DNA of 64,000 nucleotides from an uncultured Pseudomonadales bacterium (GTDB lineage: Bacteria > Patescibacteriota > Microgenomatia > UBA1400 > PJMF01). The DNA is taken from NCBI GenBank assembly GCA_964645645.1, contig CAZYBC010000004.1, positions 5,148-69,147 of the forward strand, read 5' to 3'. Position 1 is the first letter of the stretch. Each line of letters begins with the position of its first letter. Under the pieces are notes generated by a model that saw nothing but the letters and a program-made list of their open reading frames with translations, was not told where the DNA came from and did not search any database. Shown here in pieces: positions 39,824 to 48,600 of the stretch. Made by a program: the position numbers and the translations under genes.

Positions 39824-40401
39824 AAATTAGATACCTTTTTAAATAAAGACTGCACTTTTTTTTCTAGACTTTTATTTTCATATAATGGTAATAATTGAAA
39901 TATTTTTTTCCAATCAAGCGCTCTTAAATTATCAAAATGATAATCAGTGCTATGATACAAAATGTCCAAAAATGATCTTTCTTTGGTGGCAATAGAAACA
40001 CCATTTGTTTGTTGAATTCCAATGGAATTAGCTAAGATAGCACTTTTTACTTTTCGATATGAATAAATTTGCCCATCAATAATAATTTTTCTACTTAAAT
40101 AAGACGCAACCGTAATCACTGTTTGATATTGGAAGATTAAACCTTCTTTTGCCAAAACAGTTTCAAAACTAACATAAGAGGGTAAAAATATTCTAGTGGC
40201 TAGTTCTAATTTGTTATAATTTTTGTCTTTGACGTAGATGCCTTTGCGCAATCGATAAAGCTGGCCTTTTTTAACATAATAATTTAAACGAACTCTAGCA
40301 GATGTTGTATCATCATCCTGCCACAATAAAGCCAAGTCTTTTAAAGTAAAGACTGTTTTATTTAATCTTAAAATAATATCTAAATAATTACCTTTTTGCA
40401 T
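39820..40401 (-). CDS. abiEi: AbiEi-family antitoxin / transcriptional regulator
   Basis: Size, position upstream of and overlapping abiEii, and an N-terminal wHTH-like segment. Confidence 0.6.
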   Translation of the reverse strand: MQKGNYLDIILRLNKTVFTLKDLALLWQDDDTTSARVRLNYYVKKGQLYRLRKGIYVKDKNYNKLELATRIFLPSYVSFETVLAKEGLIFQYQTVITVASYLSRKIIIDGQIYSYRKVKSAILANSIGIQQTNGVSIATKERSFLDILYHSTDYHFDNLRALDWKKIFQLLPLYENKSLEKKVQSLFKKVSNL

Positions 40402-40404
40402 ATT

Positions 40405-40443
40405 TTGAACTGTAAGTTAGGTTTAACCTAACCTACAGTTCAA
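40405..40443. promoter_or_regulatory. 39-bp near-perfect palindrome abutting the abiEi start codon (TTGAACTGTAAGTTAGGTT-t-AACCTAACCTACAGTTCAA). Candidate AbiEi autoregulatory operator or RBS-sequestering hairpin.
   Basis: 19-bp arms with one mismatch, read directly. Confidence 0.5.
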
Positions 40444-40719
40444 AATATATGCTTAATTAAAATCACTGTCAAGCAGCAGCTAGATAAAATAGATGCACTT
40501 GGAAAAAAATTTCTTTATGATAATTAAGCTCTAACATAAAGTGGCCAGATTTTTAAACAGCTATGCTATTTAGCTACAGCTATTAAAAGAGAAGTTTAAT
40601 AAATTAAAAGGCGATTTACTTACCTATTTTTTAGGTATAAATAACCCACTTTTTTTATCTAAAAACCAGCTAAAATACTTAGCTTTACGATAAGAAAGTC
40701 TACAAAGTAAATCTTTTTT

Positions 40720-40865
40720 AGCCAATTATTGGTCTGGCACGACTAACACCACTAATACTAATAACGCTTGGTACACTAATCTAAGCAATGGCAACACGAA
40801 CAACAATACCAAGACTACAGCTACATATTCATTTCGGTGTGTGTTTTAGTCTAAGGACTTTTAAA
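40720..40865 (+). other. DGR template repeat (TR)
   Basis: 146 bp matching the reverse complement of 42462-42607, with differences only at 13 TR adenines. Located immediately upstream of avd. Confidence 0.92.
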
Positions 40866-40872
40866 GAAAACT

Positions 40873-41229
40873 ATGTTTTATCAAAGCATGCCACTTTATC
40901 TAGAGCTGATTAACTTACTCAAGTTAGAATATAAGCTAAATAAAAATATTGCCAAACAATATCGTTATTCTTTGGGAGAAAAAATTATTGATTTAACCTG
41001 GCAAATGCTGGATTTATTTATTGAAGTTCAACATTTAAGCAACATTTCAAACTCTAATAAAACAGCTCTCATTAAAACAATGATTGCTGATCATGAAAAA
41101 TTGCAATTACGGCTCAGATTTTTAGGAGAATTGCAACTAATTTCTCTTAAACAACAAGCTCAATTGCTTGCTCATACAACGGCTATTGGCAAAATGCTGG
41201 GCAGCTGGCTAAAACATGTCCCAAAATAA
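40873..41229 (+). CDS. avd: DGR accessory variability determinant (Avd, four-helix-bundle family)
   Basis: 118 aa, helical, bAvd-like layout. Lies directly between the TR and the RT and overlaps the RT by 14 nt. Confidence 0.75.
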   Translation: MFYQSMPLYLELINLLKLEYKLNKNIAKQYRYSLGEKIIDLTWQMLDLFIEVQHLSNISNSNKTALIKTMIADHEKLQLRLRFLGELQLISLKQQAQLLAHTTAIGKMLGSWLKHVPK

Positions 41230-42400
41230 AACTAGCACAATTTTTACTTATCAAAAAATTCTTAAAGCTTATTTTTTCTGCCGAAAACATAAGCGTCAAG
41301 CTCTGAGTGCTTTGGCTTATGAACTAAACTTTGAGAAAAATCTTGGTCAATTGATAGAGCAGCTACAAAATAAAACCTATCAACCCCAAAGTGCGGTTTA
41401 TTTTATTGTTACCAAACCAAAACCTAGGGAAATTTTTGCCAGTGAATTTGGAGATAGAATTACCCATCATTTGCTTATTAACGAAGTAGAAAAAATCTGG
41501 GAAAAAGACATTTTCATCACTGATTCTTATGCTTGTAGAAAGGGCAAAGGCCACCATTTTGCCCTCCAAAGAGTGAAAAACTTAGCTAAAAAGTATCGAT
41601 ATTATGGCCAATTTGATATTAGTAATTTTTTCTCTAGTATTGATAAAAATATTTTATTTGAAATTTTTGCCAAAGTTATAAAAACACAAGCAAAACCAGA
41701 ATTCTGGAAAAATAATCTTTTATGGCTAACTAAAATAATTATTTTTTCTGATCCCACCCAAGATTTTTTTTATAAAGGCAATCAAAAATTAAAAAAATTA
41801 GTGCCAGCACAAAAGTCATTATTTAATCAAGAACCAGAAATTGGCTTGCCGATTGGCAATCTAAGTAGCCAATTTCTGGCTAATGTTTATCTTAATGAAC
41901 TAGATCAATTTGTAAACAAAAAGCTTAAAATAACCGCCTACGCTAGGTACGTTGATGACTTTTTAATCTTTAGTAATTCAAAAACTAAAGTTATTCAAGC
42001 CAGAAATCAAATTAAAGAATTTTTAAAAACTGAACTCAAATTAACCTTGCATCCTAAAAAACAGCAAATTCAAACTACTTGGCATGGCATTCCTTTTGTT
42101 GGCTACTTTATTAAGCCAGGTGGAGCGCAAGTTAGAAGAAATGTGGTAAAAACTCTTAAAAATAAATTGTTTTATGCCCAAAAACTCAAAAATTTACCCC
42201 AAATCATTACCTCTTTAAATTCTTATTATGGCCATTTTATTCATGCTAATTCATATCGCTTAAGAAAACACCTTTTTAAACAACATCTAAGTCAAGAATT
42301 TCATCAGTATCTGTGGGTAAAAGGTCATTACCAATCTTTTTGGCCAACTAAAAAGTTTTTTGCTAAAGGAAAAAATCTTTCCTTTAGCAAAAAAAAATAA
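41216..42400 (+). CDS. DGR reverse transcriptase
   Basis: RT motifs SYACRKGKGHHFAL (motif 2-like), LPIGNLSSQFLANVYLNELD (motif B') and YVDDFLIF (YxDD). 394 aa, typical for DGR RTs. Confidence 0.9.
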   Translation: MSQNKTSTIFTYQKILKAYFFCRKHKRQALSALAYELNFEKNLGQLIEQLQNKTYQPQSAVYFIVTKPKPREIFASEFGDRITHHLLINEVEKIWEKDIFITDSYACRKGKGHHFALQRVKNLAKKYRYYGQFDISNFFSSIDKNILFEIFAKVIKTQAKPEFWKNNLLWLTKIIIFSDPTQDFFYKGNQKLKKLVPAQKSLFNQEPEIGLPIGNLSSQFLANVYLNELDQFVNKKLKITAYARYVDDFLIFSNSKTKVIQARNQIKEFLKTELKLTLHPKKQQIQTTWHGIPFVGYFIKPGGAQVRRNVVKTLKNKLFYAQKLKNLPQIITSLNSYYGHFIHANSYRLRKHLFKQHLSQEFHQYLWVKGHYQSFWPTKKFFAKGKNLSFSKKK

Positions 42401-42411
42401 AAAAACTCAAA

Positions 42412-42463
42412 CCCGCCTTTGGCGGGAATAAAAACCTAAGTTTCAGATTCTGAAACTTAGGTT
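42412..42463. terminator. Two adjacent hairpins (CCCGCCtttGGCGGG and AACCTAAGTTTCAGAttcTGAAACTTAGGTT) between the convergent RT and target genes
   Basis: Perfect stems read directly. The second hairpin lies immediately 3' of the VR on the target sense strand. Confidence 0.6.
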
Positions 42464-42607
42464 TAAAAGGCCTTAGACTAAAACACACACCGAAATGAAT
42501 ATGTAGCTGTAGTCTTGGTAAGGTTGTACGTGACGCCACTGCTTAGATGAGTGTACCAAGCGTTATTAGTAACAGTGGTGGAAGTCGTGCCAGACCAATA
42601 AGTGGCT
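42462..42607 (-). other. DGR variable repeat (VR), covering the last 42 codons and the stop of the target gene
   Basis: See TR. VR codons T,S,V,H,S,V,Y,L correspond to TR AAT/AAC codons. Confidence 0.92.
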
Positions 42608-43371
42608 GCACTATTACTTAAAAACTCAGCTGAGCCATCTATATAGGCCATCATCAACTCTTTTTGATAAGGCAAGCGCCAACCAGTACCTAAAGCTTCA
42701 CAGCCGGTTTTACTACTAATTAGTTTTACACACTTACAAGCCACATCGCCATGAGCAACACAAGAGCCAGGATTCTCCGCTGAACCAGGCTGAGCACAAT
42801 TATTCGCCGTAAACCAATTCGCCGCACTACTAATTCTAGCCGACCAGACTAAGCCAGTGTTGGCATCCTGCTTTTCTGCTTGAGCATTACTAGTATTACA
42901 GTAAGTATTCGCTTCATTACAAGTGGTCCAGCTAGCCAGATAACTCCCAGTTGGTAAAGTAGTAGCATCATGAATCCCGCCCACACTCTGTGGATAATCT
43001 GCATTTCCGCCATTATATGTACCATTAGCCTTAGCATCATTAAAAGTTCCTCTGGCAGCCGCATTAATTCTATTCCAGTAAGCCCCCCAATCTCCCCAGG
43101 ACCCAGCGGCCGTACTACCATAATCTAAAGTTGTTAAAGCATCAGCGAGTTGTTTTAAACGAGAATCAGCCTCAGATTCTGGAGAAGAACCTGTCTGTTC
43201 GGCGCGAATAATTTTAATTTGCCGGTTAAGACTCAGCCCTACCAAAACTAAAAACCCCACGGACAAAACTAACTGCCACGAAAAAATTTTTTGGCTTCTT
43301 ACAAATAGCAAGCGGATTTTTTGAAAAAATTTCATACTAATAATATGACGGATTAGAGAATGAGGTGTCAA
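42478..43371 (-). CDS. DGR target protein: secreted or membrane-anchored DUF1566 / C-type-lectin-fold (FGE-like) protein with the VR at its C-terminus
   Basis: GWRLPYQKELMMAY (DUF1566 WRLPT.EL motif), N-terminal hydrophobic anchor, C-terminal ...YSFRCVF typical of DGR CLec-fold targets. Confidence 0.85.
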   Translation of the reverse strand: MTPHSLIRHIISMKFFQKIRLLFVRSQKIFSWQLVLSVGFLVLVGLSLNRQIKIIRAEQTGSSPESEADSRLKQLADALTTLDYGSTAAGSWGDWGAYWNRINAAARGTFNDAKANGTYNGGNADYPQSVGGIHDATTLPTGSYLASWTTCNEANTYCNTSNAQAEKQDANTGLVWSARISSAANWFTANNCAQPGSAENPGSCVAHGDVACKCVKLISSKTGCEALGTGWRLPYQKELMMAYIDGSAEFLSNSAATYWSGTTSTTVTNNAWYTHLSSGVTYNLTKTTATYSFRCVF

Positions 43372-43380
43372 GACTTAGTA

Positions 43381-43433
43381 AGTATAGCCTAATTAAACCA
43401 TTCCGCTTGCGGTGTGTTTAATAAGGCTATACT
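43381..43433. repeat. Single REP-like element with 11-bp flanking arms (agtatagcct...aaggctatact)
   Basis: Core aaaccattccgcttgcggtgtgttta is the reverse complement of aaacacaccgcaagcggaatggttt. Confidence 0.7.
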
Positions 43434-43442
43434 TACCAAGAT

Positions 43443-44201
43443 TTATACCGTTGTAATACTCTCAAATGGCAGGCTTTTGATAAGTTCCTCAATCTGACTG
43501 TCATCTACCTGCTTGGAATAGTAAATCTGGCCCATTTCCTGCTCTTTTTCAGTAGCAATTACCTTCCAGTTGGTTTGGATACTGGCTTTAGTAATTGGTC
43601 GGCGAATTTCCTTTTGCCGGACATATGAAATAATTTCATCCAAATCCAGCTGGTACTTTTCCAAAAGTAAGTAGATATCATAGAAATCTCGATAACGAGC
43701 CCGATCACTCATAGCTCGGATTTTCTCAGCACAGACTTCTCTGATATCCATAACAGACACTTTAAAATCTACACCCCAGACATTGTGATAAACCATCGTT
43801 TGAGGTGTAAGTAACACATTTTGCAAGAAGTCGATTTCTACCTTGAGCGAATTGGGCTGAATAAGTGGTCCCATATACTGAAGTTTTTCAAACTTAATTG
43901 TGGCATTAGAAAGATAGTCCTTTTTTATACTCAGATAATCAATATTATCAAAAATTTCCCTAATTTCTTCAAGTGACAACTGTGTTTTATTTGAAGAAAA
44001 ATCTAAATCCTCAGAAAAACGATATTGATCCAAATAACAGTGATGAAGGGCTGTGCCACCCTTAAAAATAAGATTTTTGCCAATTTTAGAAGCGGCAATA
44101 ATCTGCATTACCAGAGCTAAGAAATAATCCTTCTCAGCAATATGTAAAGGATAACGCAAACTTTTACGATTGATAATTTCAAGTTGTTGTCTAGTAAGCA
44201 T
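43443..44201 (-). CDS. abiEii: AbiEii-family nucleotidyltransferase toxin (second copy)
   Basis: IFKGGTALHHCYLDQYRFSEDLDF. Confidence 0.7.
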   Translation of the reverse strand: MLTRQQLEIINRKSLRYPLHIAEKDYFLALVMQIIAASKIGKNLIFKGGTALHHCYLDQYRFSEDLDFSSNKTQLSLEEIREIFDNIDYLSIKKDYLSNATIKFEKLQYMGPLIQPNSLKVEIDFLQNVLLTPQTMVYHNVWGVDFKVSVMDIREVCAEKIRAMSDRARYRDFYDIYLLLEKYQLDLDEIISYVRQKEIRRPITKASIQTNWKVIATEKEQEMGQIYYSKQVDDSQIEELIKSLPFESITTV

Positions 44202-44206
44202 AGGGT

Positions 44207-44989
44207 TTATTTAACTGACTGATATTTATCAAAATAAGCATCATAATATAATCGCCATTTGGCATTAAACTTAGTATCTCCAAAAATCATCAGGTGAGTA
44301 CCTTTTAACTTAACTTGATTATAAAGATCACTAGAATCAATTCCTAAAAGATCAAATAAGAAACCAAATATCTTAATGGTAACTAAAGACATCTTACCTA
44401 AATACTCAATCATTCTTTGTATATCAAGTGAACTTTTATACAATGAGAGCTTTTCCACAACCAAATCAACAGTATATTTGCTTTTATGGAATTGAATCAT
44501 ATCAATTAAGGCTTTTTCAGCCGTGGCCATACGCACTGTCTTATTATCTATAATTACCTCTTCCCAACCAAAAAACCATTTATCCAATACTTTTACAAAG
44601 CTATACTCGGCTGACTGCAATTGCACCGTCTTATACTGCACCTGAGAGATTGAAATAGTTTTGTTGGTTAGTTGGTCAAACATGCCATGATAAGCTAAAG
44701 CTGACTCAAAAGAGATGTAAGAATCTTTAACTAAAAGATTGGCAACGACATAGGGCGAGAGAGATAAAAATCCACGGTTGCTCAGGTCAGAGATGGCATA
44801 CAAACCTTTTTTTACCCGAATCAGCCAGCCGTTGTGGGTTAATTTAACAATTACCTTTTTTGTCCTCTGCTGGTTCCACAATCCCTCAGCCTGGCTATAA
44901 ATCTGCTCAGAAGTCACAATTTGGCCATGTTTGACGATCAGATTCTCTAGAAGCATGCTTTGATTGGTGTTTAGAATAGTTTGTTTCAT
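44207..44989 (-). CDS. abiEi: AbiEi-family antitoxin (second copy)
   Basis: 260 aa, upstream of abiEii. Two-domain layout resembling 39820-40401 over the N-terminal domain. Confidence 0.6.
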   Translation of the reverse strand: MKQTILNTNQSMLLENLIVKHGQIVTSEQIYSQAEGLWNQQRTKKVIVKLTHNGWLIRVKKGLYAISDLSNRGFLSLSPYVVANLLVKDSYISFESALAYHGMFDQLTNKTISISQVQYKTVQLQSAEYSFVKVLDKWFFGWEEVIIDNKTVRMATAEKALIDMIQFHKSKYTVDLVVEKLSLYKSSLDIQRMIEYLGKMSLVTIKIFGFLFDLLGIDSSDLYNQVKLKGTHLMIFGDTKFNAKWRLYYDAYFDKYQSVK

Positions 44990-45281
44990 ATAGCTTAAGT
45001 ACCCTTTTATGGGAACTATCTACTTATAGATTAAACAATTCTAATAAACTTGTCAAGAATCCACATCAGAAAATACTTTTATTTAAGATTATCTGATTGA
45101 GCTCGACAAATCATAAATCAACAGGTTCAGACATATTTATGGGTTCAACAATGATATCTCCATGCCGATTTTTAAATACTCTAAAAATTTCGTCTACAAA
45201 TTAGAAATTCAATTACTATAATTACAAACTAGCCACTTTATGAATTTTAGGATTAAATAAAATTTTATTAATCTATTACAC

Positions 45282-45328
45282 ATAGTTTCACTAAATCATT
45301 CCACTTGTAGTGCATTTAGTGAGACTAT
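45282..45328. repeat. Diverged REP-like element upstream of uvrA
   Basis: atagtttcactAAATCATTCCACttgtaGTGCATTTagtgagactat. The inner palindrome CAC..GTG replaces CCGC..GCGG. Confidence 0.55.
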
Positions 45329-45445
45329 ATATAAAGGTAGATTTTTCCAAACAAAACCCATATAATATACTTTCGCCAAAAATGCTGTGGGCGCAGAAAA
45401 TTCTGCCAACCTCATCAAATTAAAAAGCTGGCGAAATCACAATAA

Positions 45446-48400
45446 ATGTCAAAAACAAACCCTGCCAATTCTAACGCCAAAAAAACTAAGACCGCTTCAC
45501 CAGAGCCGGTTTCTCCTAACACTCACATTATTGTCACCGGGGCGCGTGAGCATAACCTCGCTAACATCAATTTAACCATTCCCAAAAACCAGCTGGTGGT
45601 TTTTACTGGCTTATCTGGTAGCGGCAAAAGTTCTTTAGCTTTTGATACTTTATACGCTGAAGGTCAACGTCGCTACGTGGAATCTTTAAGCTCTTATGCT
45701 CGCCAGTTTTTAGGGGGGATGAAAAAGCCAGCGGTTGATCAAATTGATGGGCTATCACCAGCTATTTCTATTGATCAAAAAACAACTTCACATAATCCTC
45801 GTTCTACCGTGGGCACGATTACTGAAATTTACGATTATTTGCGCTTACTTTTTGCTAGAGTGGGGCATCCTCATTGTCCAGAATGTGGTCAAGAAATTGC
45901 TAGCCAAAGTATTGATCAGATTGTTAATCAAGCTTTAAATAAAATTGAAGATCAGCTGAACCAAACTCAGCAACCGGCCAAACTCTTTATCCTTTCGCCA
46001 GTGGTTAAAAATCGTAAAGGGGAATTTTCTAGCTTATTAGCTTCATTACAAAAAAAAGGGTTTATTCGGGCTAGAATTGATGGCAATGTTTATGATTTGC
46101 GTCAAGAATTAAACCTCATTAAAACCAATAAACATAATATTGAAATTATTGTTGATCGGTTGATAATCAGTAAGCAACAAATGCGCGATGAGGCTGAACT
46201 CAAAACCATTAAAAGCCGGCTTAATCAATCTTTTGAAGAAGCGCTAAAACTGACTGATGGTTTAGCAATGATTAGTTTTATTTTAGATCAAAGTTTTGAT
46301 TTTCCAGAAAAACCGACTGACTTCAAAGACATTTTGTTCAGTGAAAAACTAGCTTGTAGTAATTGTGGCATTTCCATCAAAGAGCTAGAACCAAGAATGT
46401 TTTCTTTTAACTCTCCAGATGGCGCTTGTCCAGTTTGTCATGGTTTAGGTTCAATTTTAAAAATTGATCCTGATAAAATTTTAGCGTCAGATTTAACACT
46501 CAGCGAAGGGGCAATTATTCCTTTTGCCACTACTTTGGCTAGAGAAGGCTGGTGGACTAGATTAATCAAAACAGTGGTAGAAGATGCTGGTTATGATTTT
46601 CGTAAAACTCCATTTAAAGACATGAGTGAACAATTTCAGCAAGTGTTGTTATATGGTTCCAAAAAAATTTATGATGTAACTGGCGAAAATCGTTTTGGCC
46701 AAATGACCACTATTCAACAACAATTTGAAGGTTTTCTCAAAAATCTCGAAAGACGCTATCAAGAAACTAACAGTGATTTTATGCGTCACGAAATTGAACG
46801 CTACATGCGTAAAGAAACTTGCCAAGCTTGTTTGGGTGATCGGCTCAAGCCAGAATCTTTGGCAGTATATATTGATCATCAAAATATTGCTGATGTCAGT
46901 AAATTGCCCATTTCTCAGGCGCTAAAATGGATAGAAACTTTGCAAAAGCAAGATATTCTTAATCCTAAAGAAAAAGCCATTGCTCAATCAATTCTCAAAG
47001 AAATTCTCGCTCGTTTAAATTTTTTAACTTCGGTTGGTCTTAATTATTTAAACTTAGCTAGAGAAGCCGCCACCTTAGCCGGTGGTGAAGCTCAGCGGAT
47101 TCGCTTAGCATCTCAAATTGGCACTGGTCTAACTGGCGTGTTATATATTTTGGATGAACCGACCATTGGTTTACACCAACGTGACAATCATCAACTCATT
47201 AACACGCTCAAAAATCTGCGTGACAAAGGTAATAGTGTGATGGTGGTAGAGCATGACCGTGACTTAATGTTAGAAAGTGATTATTTGTTTGATTTTGGCC
47301 CAGAAGCTGGCAAAAATGGCGGCCAGGTAGTCGCTTTTGGGACACCCGAAGAAGTTTTAGCTAGTAAAAATTCTTTAACGGCTAAATATTTAGCCCGTAA
47401 AAAAGATGTTCTTAGAGAAAGACTCTCCGTTAATCTTAAGCCTCAAGAATTATCCGGCATTAAAACTGCCAGCCAAACTCAACAAGCCATTAAAATCAAA
47501 GGTGCTAATAAACATAACCTTAAAGGTTTAGATGTTGAATTGCCGTTAGGTAAATTAATTTGTATTACTGGTATTTCTGGTTCTGGAAAATCTACGCTTT
47601 TGCATGACACGCTTTATGCTAATTTAGCTGATAAGCTTGGCAAAAAAGTTGACGAAAAGCCAGGTTTTGTACAGGAATTTATTGTACCAGATTTGGTTAA
47701 ACGAGTTAGCTTAATTGACCAAAGTCCCATTGGTAAAACACCACGTTCTAATCCAGCTACTTACACAAAAATTTTTGATTACATTCGCAAAATTTTTGTA
47801 AATACTAAAGAAGCGCAAGTGCGCGGTTATAACCTTAGCCGCTTTAGCTTTAATGTCAAAGGTGGTCGTTGTGAAGCTTGCCAAGGTGACGGTCAGCTTA
47901 AAATTGAAATGCAGTTTTTACCTGATGTTTATGTCACTTGTGATGTTTGTCACGGCAAACGTTATAACAGCGAAACTTTGCAAGTTACCTATCAAGAAAA
48001 AAATATTGCCGAAGTTTTAAACATGGAAGTCGCTCAAGCTTACGAATTTTTTAAGAATCATGCCACTTTACGCCATAAACTCAAAACCCTCATTGACGTT
48101 GGTTTAGGTTATATCGAATTAGGTCAACCTGCGCCAACGCTCAGCGGCGGTGAAGCTCAGCGGGTGAAGTTAGCCAAAGAACTGGCGACCAAAAGTTATG
48201 ACCATACCATCTATTTACTTGATGAACCAACCACTGGTTTACACTTTGCCGATATTCAAAAACTACTCAATGTTTTAAGCCAACTTGTAGCTCAAGGCAA
48301 CACCGTAATTGTGATTGAACACAATCTCGACATTATTAAAAATGCTGATTGGATTATTGATTTAGGCCCAGAAGGTGGTGAGGCCGGTGGTGAAATTGTG

Positions 48401-48490
48401 GCCGTAGGGACACCAGAGCAAGTAGCACAAAATCCTAATTCCTTTACTGGCTATTATCTAAAACAAGAACTAGAACTAATGAAAAAATAG
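45446..48490 (+). CDS. uvrA: Excinuclease ABC subunit A
   Basis: Two ABC ATPase modules (GLSGSGKSSLAFDT, GISGSGKSTLLHDT), zinc-finger Cys clusters, LSGGEAQR signature motifs. Confidence 0.95.
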   Translation: MSKTNPANSNAKKTKTASPEPVSPNTHIIVTGAREHNLANINLTIPKNQLVVFTGLSGSGKSSLAFDTLYAEGQRRYVESLSSYARQFLGGMKKPAVDQIDGLSPAISIDQKTTSHNPRSTVGTITEIYDYLRLLFARVGHPHCPECGQEIASQSIDQIVNQALNKIEDQLNQTQQPAKLFILSPVVKNRKGEFSSLLASLQKKGFIRARIDGNVYDLRQELNLIKTNKHNIEIIVDRLIISKQQMRDEAELKTIKSRLNQSFEEALKLTDGLAMISFILDQSFDFPEKPTDFKDILFSEKLACSNCGISIKELEPRMFSFNSPDGACPVCHGLGSILKIDPDKILASDLTLSEGAIIPFATTLAREGWWTRLIKTVVEDAGYDFRKTPFKDMSEQFQQVLLYGSKKIYDVTGENRFGQMTTIQQQFEGFLKNLERRYQETNSDFMRHEIERYMRKETCQACLGDRLKPESLAVYIDHQNIADVSKLPISQALKWIETLQKQDILNPKEKAIAQSILKEILARLNFLTSVGLNYLNLAREAATLAGGEAQRIRLASQIGTGLTGVLYILDEPTIGLHQRDNHQLINTLKNLRDKGNSVMVVEHDRDLMLESDYLFDFGPEAGKNGGQVVAFGTPEEVLASKNSLTAKYLARKKDVLRERLSVNLKPQELSGIKTASQTQQAIKIKGANKHNLKGLDVELPLGKLICITGISGSGKSTLLHDTLYANLADKLGKKVDEKPGFVQEFIVPDLVKRVSLIDQSPIGKTPRSNPATYTKIFDYIRKIFVNTKEAQVRGYNLSRFSFNVKGGRCEACQGDGQLKIEMQFLPDVYVTCDVCHGKRYNSETLQVTYQEKNIAEVLNMEVAQAYEFFKNHATLRHKLKTLIDVGLGYIELGQPAPTLSGGEAQRVKLAKELATKSYDHTIYLLDEPTTGLHFADIQKLLNVLSQLVAQGNTVIVIEHNLDIIKNADWIIDLGPEGGEAGGEIVAVGTPEQVAQNPNSFTGYYLKQELELMKK

Positions 48491-48600
48491 CTTGACTGCA
48501 CAATAGAGGTCAACTGAACGGCTAAAAAAACTAGAAATGTGTCGGGATTTTTGTCGAGATACTCTTTCGTCAGTTTCTTTTCTCTAGTATATTAAACTTA

